Origin: Gammaproteobacteria bacterium
GTDB lineage: Bacteria > Pseudomonadota > Gammaproteobacteria > UBA4575
Assembly: GCA_965221955.1 (NCBI GenBank)
Contig: CBDCTA010000007.1
Coordinates: forward strand, 1-15,895
DNA length: 15,895 nucleotides
Direction of reading: 5' to 3'
Notes under the pieces: model-generated
What the model saw: only the letters and a program-made list of their open reading frames with translations
Database searches by the model: none
Told to the model about the DNA's origin: nothing
Position numbers and translations under genes: made by a program
Shown here: one piece after another, positions 1-8,356 of the stretch
Layout of the letters: every line of letters starts with the position of its first letter
How positions within the stretch are numbered: the first letter of the stretch is position 1

Positions 1-1
1 T

Positions 2-73
2 TTGTTGTCTATCGCTATTGTGCTAGCATGTGTTGCTTTACTTGCAATTATAATTATTTTCGTTTTATTTTGA
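2..73 (+). CDS. 3' end of a membrane protein gene (partial, runs off the window start)
   Basis: Frame 2 reads LLSIAIVLACVALLAIIIIFVLF* (TGA 71-73), a hydrophobic C-terminal helix; the start lies outside the window. Confidence 0.4.
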   Translation: MLSIAIVLACVALLAIIIIFVLF

Positions 74-127
74 TTTAAGCTGATGTGCAATATTTAGATT
101 ATTGACAGAATACAATAATCAACACCC

Positions 128-857
128 ATGCAGTTTAGAGTTCTATTATATAACATGCACAAAGGAATCGGCGGCATTGATAAGAAGTATAAAACTCGAG
201 CCAATTGTAGAAGTTATCAAGCACTATCAACCGGATATTGCGTTACTACAAGAGGTTTCTGAAGGTGTTAACGATCACGATATCATGAGCAAATTGATTT
301 GTCAGGAGTTGTATTAGATTATGAACATCGTTTGTTTCAAGAAAATGTTAAACGTAAACTAGGTTATCATGGTGACGGAATACTTAGTAAATATTCCCTT
401 ACGAGATCTACAAGCATCAATTTAAACTGTTCCTCCAAATAAAGCGTCGGAATGGTTTGACAGCGCATGTAAATATTACGAACGGGAAGAGACAACTTAA
501 CCTCATAGTTGTAAATGTTAACCTGAGTTTTAGCTGCTTATGAGCGAGCTATACAAGTTTGTATGCTTATCGAGTGTTTCCTATATCAGCAGTGAAAATA
601 TACAACAATCGATTCTTCTTGGCAGTAACTTTAATGATGTATTGGAAAATTTATGTCGCAAAGCGTTAAATTCAAAAGGTTATGTTTCTATTCCTAAATA
701 TACAAAATCATTTCCAGCTGTTTACCCAAAATGCTCTATAGATCGCATATTCCAACATAGTGATATTAAAATTATAAAAGCATTCGTTAGACATACCGAT
801 TTAGCACGAGAGACTTTTGATCATTTACCCATGACTGTGGATTTTGCCTTAATTTAA
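128..857 (+). pseudogene. Degraded endonuclease/exonuclease/phosphatase (EEP, YbhP-like) gene
   Basis: ATG128 gives MQFRVLLYNMHKGIGG, followed across several frameshifts by QPDIALLQEV, GYHGDGILSKY, VVNVNLS, LGSNFND, KSFPAVYPKCSIDRIF and FDHLPM, i.e. EEP motifs in the correct order. Several indels are present and conserved motifs are altered (GDFN to SNFN, HL to NL). Confidence 0.8.
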
Positions 858-868
858 TTTATAGTCAA

Positions 869-2348
869 TTAAAGTATAGGTGCAAGTAATCGTGTCAAAC
901 GTGTAGCTAAACGAAAAAACCATGACTTGCCTGTAATATCATCATGAGATAACTTACTGGCATTAGAAAAAATCATCTATCAACATCTTTTCTGTTTGTT
1001 TGCAAAACTCTTTATCTACTACCACAGTATTAATTTCAAAATTTAAACGGAACGATCGATTATCCATATTGGCTGTGCCAATGACTGAATATTTCTCATC
1101 GATTAGCATGATTTTTTGATGTGCAAAACCTTTCTCGTAAAGATATATTTTCGCGCTAACTGCTTCTAAGTCATCGTAATAAGCATAAGGTGCGTATTTA
1201 AAAAGAAAGCTATCAGTTTTTCGTGGCGTCATGATTCTGACTTCCACACCTCGTAATGCTGCAAGCTGCAATGCTGCTAAAAACACGGTCATCAGGAATA
1301 AAATATGGTGATGCGATCCACACTCTTTTCTGTGCAGATTCTATACAGTGCGCAAATAAAAGCCCACATGTTTCCAATGCATCACTAGGCCCAGTTGCCG
1401 AGAATAAAGCACATTTATCTGATTCTTGTGTATTTGGGCTCCAAGATAATTCGGGTATTTCTTTTATACCAAAATACCAATCACGTAAAAATGTAAGTTG
1501 GAGAGAGCGTACGGCAGGTCCTATTATTTTAAGATGTGTATCACGCCAAAAGCCAAACTCTTCACTTCGGCCAAGATACTCATCACCAACATTCAATCCG
1601 CCTGTAAAACCAATTTTTCCATCTACAACAACAATTTTGCGATGATTTCGAAAATTTAGCCTTAGACGGTTGAACCAGCCTGTATCACTACCACTAAATC
1701 TAGATACGTTAGCACCGGCTTCGGTGAGTTCATCAATGTAGTTATCAGATAAAGCTAAGCTGCCAACTACATCATAAAGCAGCATCACTTTTTACATTTC
1801 TATTTAGCGCTCCTAGTAATGAATTTTTTAAGTCAGTGCCAATATCATCATGTCGTATAATATAATATTGTACTAGTATGTAGTCATCTGCCTGATCAAT
1901 ACTTTTAAGTATATTATCGAAAGTTGATTGTCCATTGAGTAGTAATTCAATGTGGTTTCCACATGTGAAACATGTGCCAGAAAGTTTCTTCTAAAGCAAT
2001 TAATTCGGTTTGGTTTCTTGCATCCTCAACTGTGTTTTTATCATAGGCGCAGTCACTATTGTGTTTACTTGGTTTATCGCCATTTATTTTTTCAAATTCT
2101 TGGTCAAATTCATTTACACTTTCTTTGTAGTTATAATACTTAACTCTTCCAAAGGTCCAGTAAAGAGGTACTGCGAAGAGAGGAATTGTTAATAGCGTAA
2201 CCACCCAAGCCGTTGAACCTTGAGCGGTTCTAGAATACATTACAGCATGATATGCACTATAAGCACCAATTATATATAGGATGGGTATAATCGAAGCTAT
2301 GAACGCTGTTACCCATCCACTTTCAAAAAGAGAGGTGAAATATTGCAT
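869..2348 (-). pseudogene. cls: Cardiolipin synthase (ClsA-type, PLD family), split by four +1 frameshifts (true pseudogene or sequencing error)
   Basis: N-terminal PLDc_N membrane region (AWVVTLLTIPLFAVPLYWTFG), two HKD motifs (NHRKIVVVD, HQKIMLID), WRDTH, SPYFIP, GTANMDNRSFRLNFE and C-terminal RLLAPIL*. Removing one base at each of ~1989, 1789-93, 1279-83 and 967-72 restores a ~491-aa ORF. Confidence 0.9.
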
Positions 2349-2370
2349 AAGATGAATTGTTGTATTTGAG

Positions 2371-2808
2371 TTAGTTCATCTCTGAATTTTTTCTATTTCT
2401 GAATTCCTTTCCCATTTTTTCAATTTCAGAGTCTTGAAAAACTTCTTTTGCCTTTTTGAAAACCTCATTTTCTTCTTCTTCCATATGATGTTCATTATCA
2501 TGTTTGAGTTGTTTGAATTTTTGTAACCATCCTGCGCTTGACATTGATGCATCATTTAATTCATCAATCAAGTCGAGTGCTACTTGATGTTCAGCAACAC
2601 TGTGTCGAGCTTTATCAGTTCCGTCAGGATCTTCCATTAAATTTGCATAAAAAACTTGTTCTTCAGCTGCAGCATGAGCTTTAAGTTCTTTAGTGAAGTC
2701 GTCAAAAACTCTATTGCGTTCTTGGCTATCACCCTCTGTTTTCACTAGAGTTTCCATTTGTTTGCGCTGTTTTTCATGATCTTCAATTATCTCGTCAAAA
2801 ATATTCAT
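2371..2808 (-). CDS. Hemerythrin/HHE cation-binding domain protein
   Basis: Motifs EDH, HAAAEEQVFY, HSVAEH and HHMEEEENEVF; AGGAG RBS upstream on the - strand; 22 bp from cls, so probably co-transcribed. Confidence 0.9.
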   Translation of the reverse strand: MNIFDEIIEDHEKQRKQMETLVKTEGDSQERNRVFDDFTKELKAHAAAEEQVFYANLMEDPDGTDKARHSVAEHQVALDLIDELNDASMSSAGWLQKFKQLKHDNEHHMEEEENEVFKKAKEVFQDSEIEKMGKEFRNRKNSEMN

Positions 2809-2875
2809 GCCATTACTCCTAATTAATTAAATATAAATAATGAATAAGTTTTACATATATCTTTAACTACTAGAT

Positions 2876-2888
2876 TGTAAGTTTTACA
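2876..2888. promoter_or_regulatory. Palindromic operator TGTAA-N3-TTACA (TGTAAGTTTTACA); degenerate second copy at 2843-2855
   Basis: Lies in the divergent hemerythrin/DUF4112 intergenic region; the same motif recurs at 3437, 5538, 10470 and 11803. Confidence 0.65.
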
Positions 2889-2954
2889 GCATGTATAACA
2901 AAAATATGGTTTATCCTTGTAAGTATGAAAAATGAATACATATAAATTTACTAA

Positions 2955-3410
2955 ATGACAAATAGTTCAGACCAACGTATTAAACGACTGGCATGGTTTC
3001 TAGATAGTTCTATTAGACTGCCTGGTGGTTTCCGCATTGGTGTTGAAAGCATCGTAGGTTTAGTGCCGGGAGTAGGGGATGCTATAGGTGCATTAGCTTC
3101 ATCCTACATTATCCTAGAGGCAGCTAAAATAGGTACGCCAAAGCGAACGTTGCTGAAAATGATAAAAAATGCCTTGCTAGAGGCAGTTGTTGGCACTGTT
3201 CCTATCGCGGGTGATATTTTTGATATGGCATATAAAGCAAATATGCGTAATTACAAGCTGCTTGAAAACCATATGAAAGAATCTACGCTGAAGCCGCCAC
3301 GTAGTAATAAGAAAGTAATCGCTTATATTTTAATCCTTCTGGGCATTGTATTGTTAATGCTGATATGGATTTCGTTTCAAATACTAAAACTTGCAGTTAG
3401 TTTGTTTTAG
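2955..3410 (+). CDS. DUF4112 family membrane protein
   Basis: LAWFLDSSIRLPGGFRIGVESIVGLVPGVGD and VGTVPIAGDIFDMAYKANMRN are typical DUF4112 motifs; C-terminal TM helix. Confidence 0.85.
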   Translation: MTNSSDQRIKRLAWFLDSSIRLPGGFRIGVESIVGLVPGVGDAIGALASSYIILEAAKIGTPKRTLLKMIKNALLEAVVGTVPIAGDIFDMAYKANMRNYKLLENHMKESTLKPPRSNKKVIAYILILLGIVLLMLIWISFQILKLAVSLF

Positions 3411-3436
3411 ATTTAAGGCACTTATTAAGTGTTGTA

Positions 3437-3449
3437 TGTAATATTTACA
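3437..3449. promoter_or_regulatory. Palindromic operator TGTAA-N3-TTACA (TGTAATATTTACA)
   Basis: Perfect copy upstream of the lipoprotein gene. Confidence 0.6.
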
Positions 3450-3594
3450 ATAGTAATCAGGGTACTCTCTATATAACATAATATTTTATATAACTTATAA
3501 ATAAGTATTTTAATAGATAGATGTACAGAATTAGCTGTCAATATTTATCTGAATTAAATTCCTTAATAACCACGAAGGATTAACGGATAGGGCT

Positions 3595-3960
3595 ATGAAT
3601 ATAAAAACTTTCGTAAAAATTTTATTTGGCAGTCTTGCATTAACAATGTTATGGGGATGTGAAATTGAGCAAACTCAAGAAGGAAAACTTCCTGACGTAG
3701 ATGTAGATGTCAAAAAAGGCAATCTTCCAAAATACGAAGTAATTAAAACAGAAGAAGGAAAAATGCCAGACGTTGATGTTGATGTACAGGCTGGTCAAAT
3801 ACCTAAATATGATGTTGACGCACCTGACATCGTTGTTGGAACCAAAGAAATAGAAGTAGAAGTCCCCGATGTAGATGTTGATGTAAAAATGAAAAAAGAA
3901 ACAATCGACGTACCAGTTGTAGGCATAGATATGCCTGATGATAATGATTCCAAAGAATAG
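3595..3960 (+). CDS. Acidic lipoprotein with internal PDVDVDV repeats, function unknown
   Basis: Signal peptide with lipobox LWGC (Cys22); 25-aa tandem repeat EGKLPDVDVDVKKGNLPKYEV / EGKMPDVDVDVQAGQIPKYDV. Confidence 0.8.
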   Translation: MNIKTFVKILFGSLALTMLWGCEIEQTQEGKLPDVDVDVKKGNLPKYEVIKTEEGKMPDVDVDVQAGQIPKYDVDAPDIVVGTKEIEVEVPDVDVDVKMKKETIDVPVVGIDMPDDNDSKE

Positions 3961-3987
3961 AGATTAAATAGTAAATCGATATTTGAT

Positions 3988-4012
3988 GATATGCCCTGTC
4001 ATAGGGCATATC
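3988..4012. terminator. Hairpin, likely bidirectional terminator
   Basis: GATATGCCCT-gtcat-AGGGCATATC is a perfect 10-bp stem between convergent genes; U-tracts are weak. Confidence 0.6.
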
Positions 4013-4051
4013 TATTTCACATATGTCATCTGGGAATGAACTTAAAATAGA

Positions 4052-5455
4052 CTAAAATCCATATCCTAGTGTGAAAATATATTCCTTGTCCGTACTGTCG
4101 GCACCATCTGCTGGCGATTTGTCCCATTCATAATTAGCTTGTGCCTTCGCATTAAAACCATTTCCAAGTGGAAATTTCAGACCATTTCGTGCACGAATGA
4201 CAACATCATTGGAAGTTTCTAGACCATAAAGCCCTTCTTGGTGATGAAAAATATTCATCCATTCGAATATTTTATGTTCATAATCGATAGCCCATCTTGA
4301 GGCTAAATAATCACTATCACTTTCTTCTTTAAAGTCCTCGTTTACATAACTTGGTCCAAGCTCTGCTGAGAGTAACAGATCATCTCGCTCAAAAAATTGA
4401 TAACCAACACCGGCAGATAGAGCAGTACGTAAATTTAGCAGTTCAATCTCGTCTTCTTTAAAAGATGCTGAATTAAACAAGTACCACTTATCTGATAAAA
4501 AGTGATCGTATTGAATAGAGCCGAAAGTTTCATCTTTGGTTTTATCACCATCTGACCGTTCAAATGCACGTTCAATTCGCACGGAATATCGATTATTAGG
4601 TGTACGAGCACGTAATTCTCCCGATCCTACATAGCTATCATCATCACTATTTCCACTCGATGTGCTTAAGCCGATGTCTACATCACCACTGAATTGTGCT
4701 TTTTCCTTTGCTCGAGCTATTTCAATAGGGTCGCCACGTATTATTTTTTTTACTTCAGCTAGTTTAAAATTATTATTGGTTCCTGCTCGGTCCGAATTGA
4801 CTTGTAATTGTGATCGATTGCTTTGCTTAATTCTGCCAGTAATATAGTCATGGTCATTAAACACAACAGTCATGGGATCGAAAGTGCTAAAAGATTTTAT
4901 CTTTTGACGGTCAATTGTAAGCGTATCTGCGAATTCTGTTTGAATGATGAGATTGTTTTCATCAATACCTTGAATAGTGCCCAACAATCGGTCACCACTT
5001 TTTAAAAATACTTCATCCATAGTTATAGTGATTTCATTACTCTTGGGTTTTATAGAAATACTGGGTTTTGTTACTGCATTCGATGAATCTGATTTAGTAT
5101 AAGGTTGGTGGGCTGATGCTAAGTCAGAAATATTGATATTATTGATTATGCCTAATCTTTCGGTTTGAAGTTGTAGTATTCCACCTCGCTTCATGCTTAA
5201 CAGACCGGTTAACTTGTCTTCATTATTAAATATGACGCTCATGGGTTGCTCTGTTTTGAATGAGATGACACTAATCAGAGGCATCTCTAATTTTCCAAAG
5301 ACTGGTGAATGTAAAACTAAAGTATCTTGTTGTATGCGCATAATAGAACCGCTTATTTGATCGCCATTATTAAGCTTAATTTCATCCGCATATAAATTAG
5401 TCGGTATTGCTATTAGATTGAATAGTAAAACTAATGGGCTGAATATATTTTTCAT
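4052..5455 (-). CDS. DUF481 (YdiY-like) outer-membrane beta-barrel protein with duplicated N-terminal domain
   Basis: Signal peptide ending LYA; two copies of D-x-x-x-L-x-x-GD-x-x-x-G-x-I; barrel motifs SGNS, YDHFLSDKWYLF and AGVGYQF; C-terminal LGYGF BAM-type signal. Confidence 0.85.
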   Translation of the reverse strand: MKNIFSPLVLLFNLIAIPTNLYADEIKLNNGDQISGSIMRIQQDTLVLHSPVFGKLEMPLISVISFKTEQPMSVIFNNEDKLTGLLSMKRGGILQLQTERLGIINNINISDLASAHQPYTKSDSSNAVTKPSISIKPKSNEITITMDEVFLKSGDRLLGTIQGIDENNLIIQTEFADTLTIDRQKIKSFSTFDPMTVVFNDHDYITGRIKQSNRSQLQVNSDRAGTNNNFKLAEVKKIIRGDPIEIARAKEKAQFSGDVDIGLSTSSGNSDDDSYVGSGELRARTPNNRYSVRIERAFERSDGDKTKDETFGSIQYDHFLSDKWYLFNSASFKEDEIELLNLRTALSAGVGYQFFERDDLLLSAELGPSYVNEDFKEESDSDYLASRWAIDYEHKIFEWMNIFHHQEGLYGLETSNDVVIRARNGLKFPLGNGFNAKAQANYEWDKSPADGADSTDKEYIFTLGYGF

Positions 5456-5537
5456 TTGTATTCCTTGAATTGCTCAGCGTGTGATTTCATGCAAAAGCTA
5501 CGGCATAAATTTTTACAGTAATTATAAATATTATGTT

Positions 5538-5550
5538 TGTAAATATTACA
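5538..5550. promoter_or_regulatory. Palindromic operator TGTAA-N3-TTACA (TGTAAATATTACA)
   Basis: Perfect copy near the centre of the divergent DUF481/PRC-barrel intergenic region; half-site at 5513-5517. Confidence 0.65.
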
Positions 5551-5626
5551 AAATTGAGCGAGATAAGTTATTGCAAGTTCTATTTCATATAGAATGATAT
5601 GAACTAAATTTAAACAATGTGTAGTT

Positions 5627-6256
5627 ATGAAAAAAATAAGTCAGATACACTTGATAATTTTGCTGTTTGCACTTATTTGCACTTACCCTGCTGGCGCAGA
5701 TGACGGTTGTCGAGATGATCTCATGGAAATTAGTGCAATGCGTACCACAGTACAAACTACGCCAAAATTACGTAGGGACTTACACTTTCTTAGGCAAGCA
5801 GCAAGTTTATTGCATAAGCGTGGAAAAGAAGAAGAGTGCGAAGAAACTGTTGAAGCAATGCGTGATTTGTTATCAGAACATGTCGAGAGGCAAGAGCATC
5901 AGCAGCGTCTTGAATATTTGAGCATGGCTGAAAAGTTGTCAGAGGTGAGAAATACAATTGCGGTTGAAAATATAACAGGATCACCTGTATACAATTTGAA
6001 TGGTGAGGACTTGGGCAATATCGAATCTATGGTTATAAACACACACACCGGTACAGTTGCACACGCTGTATTAAGTTATGGAGGGTTTATTGGCTTTGGG
6101 CAAAAGAATATTGCAATCGCATGGGATGCATTGAAACTTACACCTGATAGAGAATCTTATGTAGTAGATATAAGTATTGATGAACTCAATCAGGCTCCTG
6201 AATTGGATGCAGATTCGTTGCCGGATGACATTGACTTAGATTGGCTCAAGTTTTAA
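5627..6256 (+). CDS. Secreted PRC-barrel domain protein
   Basis: Signal peptide (AGA), a helical N-domain with two Cys, then ITGSPVYNLNGEDLGNIESMVI...AVLSYGGFIGFG...IAIAWDAL, typical of PRC-barrels. Confidence 0.85.
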   Translation: MKKISQIHLIILLFALICTYPAGADDGCRDDLMEISAMRTTVQTTPKLRRDLHFLRQAASLLHKRGKEEECEETVEAMRDLLSEHVERQEHQQRLEYLSMAEKLSEVRNTIAVENITGSPVYNLNGEDLGNIESMVINTHTGTVAHAVLSYGGFIGFGQKNIAIAWDALKLTPDRESYVVDISIDELNQAPELDADSLPDDIDLDWLKF

Positions 6257-6366
6257 ATAAATTTGGGCATTGTTTCAACGCAATATCGCTTGTAATAAAT
6301 TAATCATGCCAACTTTGTGGCACATGATCATCATATTTTAAATTAGAAGTAAGTTAAGAGGTCAAT

Positions 6367-6546
6367 ATGGGAATTGAAGTAGGGGGAATATTAGGGCTAA
6401 TTGTCCTGATTTTAGATATCTATGCAATTGTAAAAATTGTAGGCTCTGGTACATCAACTTTCTCAAAGGTCATATGGATTGTTGTCATTTTATTATTACC
6501 AATTCTAGGGCTTATTATTTGGCTTCTGTTTGGTCCAAAAGGTTAA
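6367..6546 (+). CDS. Small PLDc_N (phospholipase D N-terminal-like) two-TM protein, 59 aa; absent from ORF track
   Basis: GAGG RBS, then MGIEVGGILGLIVLILDIYAIVKIVGSGTSTFSKVIWIVVILLLPILGLIIWLLFGPKG*, with the characteristic KxxWxxxxxxLPxxGxxxWxxxG motif. Confidence 0.85.
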   Translation: MGIEVGGILGLIVLILDIYAIVKIVGSGTSTFSKVIWIVVILLLPILGLIIWLLFGPKG

Positions 6547-6752
6547 AGCAGGTCGGCTACTTCATATAAATACTTGCTGATTGGCATGTCTAAAGTATAT
6601 TGCGTTAAGCATTGAGTAACACTTAATATTTCTTATTAGAGATATGGATTCTAGTTAATAACAATTATAAATTACCTCAAAAAAATTTATGTAATCTTGT
6701 TTGTATATCTCACTTTAGTCAACACAACTTATTTATATTCTAAATATCTAAC

Positions 6753-8123
6753 ATGTTTCTAGAAAAAATTAAAACACCTGGGTTAGCACATTTAAGCTAT
6801 ATATTTGGAGATGGTGGTGAGGCTTGTGTTATCGATCCTCGTCGTGATATCGAGATGTATATTGAAATAGCAAGAAGTAATGGTTGTATTATCACTACAA
6901 TACTGGAAACACACCGTAATGAAGATCTCGTTTCTGGTTCTGCGATACTCGCAGACTTCACTGGTGCTACTGTCTATCATGGGCCACATGCAGATGGAGA
7001 TGTAAGATATGCAACGATCATTTCTGAAACTTCACGATTTTCATTCGGAACATTGAAAGTAGAGGTCCTTGAAACGCCTGGGCACACAAAAGATAGTTTA
7101 AGTTTTTTATTGTTCGACACGAATTTTAGTCAAAGTCCTGTAGGTGTTTTTACTGGCGATGCATTGTTTATTGGTGATGTCGGTCGAACTGATTTTTATC
7201 AAAACGAAAAAGAAAAACTAGCTGGCATGCTCTACGACAGTTTAATGAAAATTAAAAAACATGCGAGCAATGCAATTTTATACCCAGCACATGGAGCAGG
7301 CTCAGTATGTGGAGATGGTATGGCGGATCGTGAATTTTCTACAGTTGCGCATGAATTTGAGAATAATCCAATGCTGTCATTGAGTCGTGATGATTTTGTC
7401 GAAAAAAAGATTAATGAATCACATTATATCGCTCCCTATTTTAAACAAATGGAAAGGTTGAATCTTAAAGGAGCTTCAAATTCTACAAAAAGTATTCCCA
7501 AGCCATATAACTGGATGAAATTCAAAGAGCGTTATAAAGATAATGGAAATATTAAAGTAATTGATGTACGCAGTGCTGAGTCTTTTCTTGGAACATTTGT
7601 GCCAGGTAGTTTGTGTCTTCCTGTAGATATGCTAAGCGCATATGCAGGATGGCTGCTGAGTTATGACGATCATATATTTTTAGTTTCTGAGGATGTATCT
7701 CAAGCACAACAAGCAAAATTACATTTATTAAGAATTGGCTACGATAAGGTGGTGGGTTTTTTAGATAGTAGTCTTCCCATGGTGGCAGCACAAGGTGGAG
7801 AATTTGATGATCTTGAAACTGTTGATACAGAAATAGTCAAAACGCGTTTACATGATACAAATAATTGGACATTACTTGATGTTAGAAAAGATTCAGAGTT
7901 TGCAAATACATCCATTGATGGGGCGAATAATATATATCTAGGTAAACTTATAAATAAAGGTAAAAAACTAGATAAAGATAAACACTATACTGTTATGTGT
8001 GGTAGTGGAATACGAGCAACGGTAGGAGCATCTATTCTTAAGTACCTAAATTTTAATAATGTAGATGTCTATATGGGATCAATGATGGCTTGGAAAAATG
8101 CAGGCCATAAAACAGCAACCTGA
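6753..8123 (+). CDS. MBL-fold hydrolase/persulfide dioxygenase fused to two rhodanese domains (CstB-like)
   Basis: IDPRRD, ETHRNED, TPGHT, FTGDALFIGDVGRTD and YPAHGAGSVCG; two DVR rhodanese repeats; C-terminal active loop CGSGIRA. Confidence 0.85.
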   Translation: MFLEKIKTPGLAHLSYIFGDGGEACVIDPRRDIEMYIEIARSNGCIITTILETHRNEDLVSGSAILADFTGATVYHGPHADGDVRYATIISETSRFSFGTLKVEVLETPGHTKDSLSFLLFDTNFSQSPVGVFTGDALFIGDVGRTDFYQNEKEKLAGMLYDSLMKIKKHASNAILYPAHGAGSVCGDGMADREFSTVAHEFENNPMLSLSRDDFVEKKINESHYIAPYFKQMERLNLKGASNSTKSIPKPYNWMKFKERYKDNGNIKVIDVRSAESFLGTFVPGSLCLPVDMLSAYAGWLLSYDDHIFLVSEDVSQAQQAKLHLLRIGYDKVVGFLDSSLPMVAAQGGEFDDLETVDTEIVKTRLHDTNNWTLLDVRKDSEFANTSIDGANNIYLGKLINKGKKLDKDKHYTVMCGSGIRATVGASILKYLNFNNVDVYMGSMMAWKNAGHKTAT

Positions 8124-8356
8124 GTATCTAAGTGTTGTAAATCCAGCTAAAACCAAAAACATATATTCGTTATATTGCAGCTCATCTCATACATTTTGCA
8201 TGATTTATTGTAAACTTGATGAAACTAAGCCAAACTTAGAGTATGTTGTTAACCAAGTTTAATAATATAGTCTTAGATTAGACATATCTCCACTTGCTTA
8301 TTTTCTTGACAAAGTTTATAGGGTGGGAGTGCTTAATCTTATAAGATTAGAAGCAT

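Noticed and set aside
102-317. 71-aa ORF (and 540-857) as independent genes
   Set aside because: They are fragments of one frameshifted EEP gene starting at 128.
468-480. TGTAAATATTACG, a near match to the regulon box
   Set aside because: It lies inside the EEP coding remnant (H-V-N-I-T) with no downstream start; probably chance.
1256-2192. Plus-strand ORFs 1256-1645, 1952-2143 and 2010-2192
   Set aside because: Antisense shadows of cls with no motifs.
6300-6335. TGGCAC/TGGCAT as sigma-54 promoters (also at 6582)
   Set aside because: No GC at the -12 position with correct spacing.
3803-7791. Short ORFs 3803-4009, 4662-4847, 4823-5005, 5667-5921, 5790-5984, 6792-6989 and 7552-7791
   Set aside because: They overlap well-supported genes in other frames or strands and show no recognisable features.
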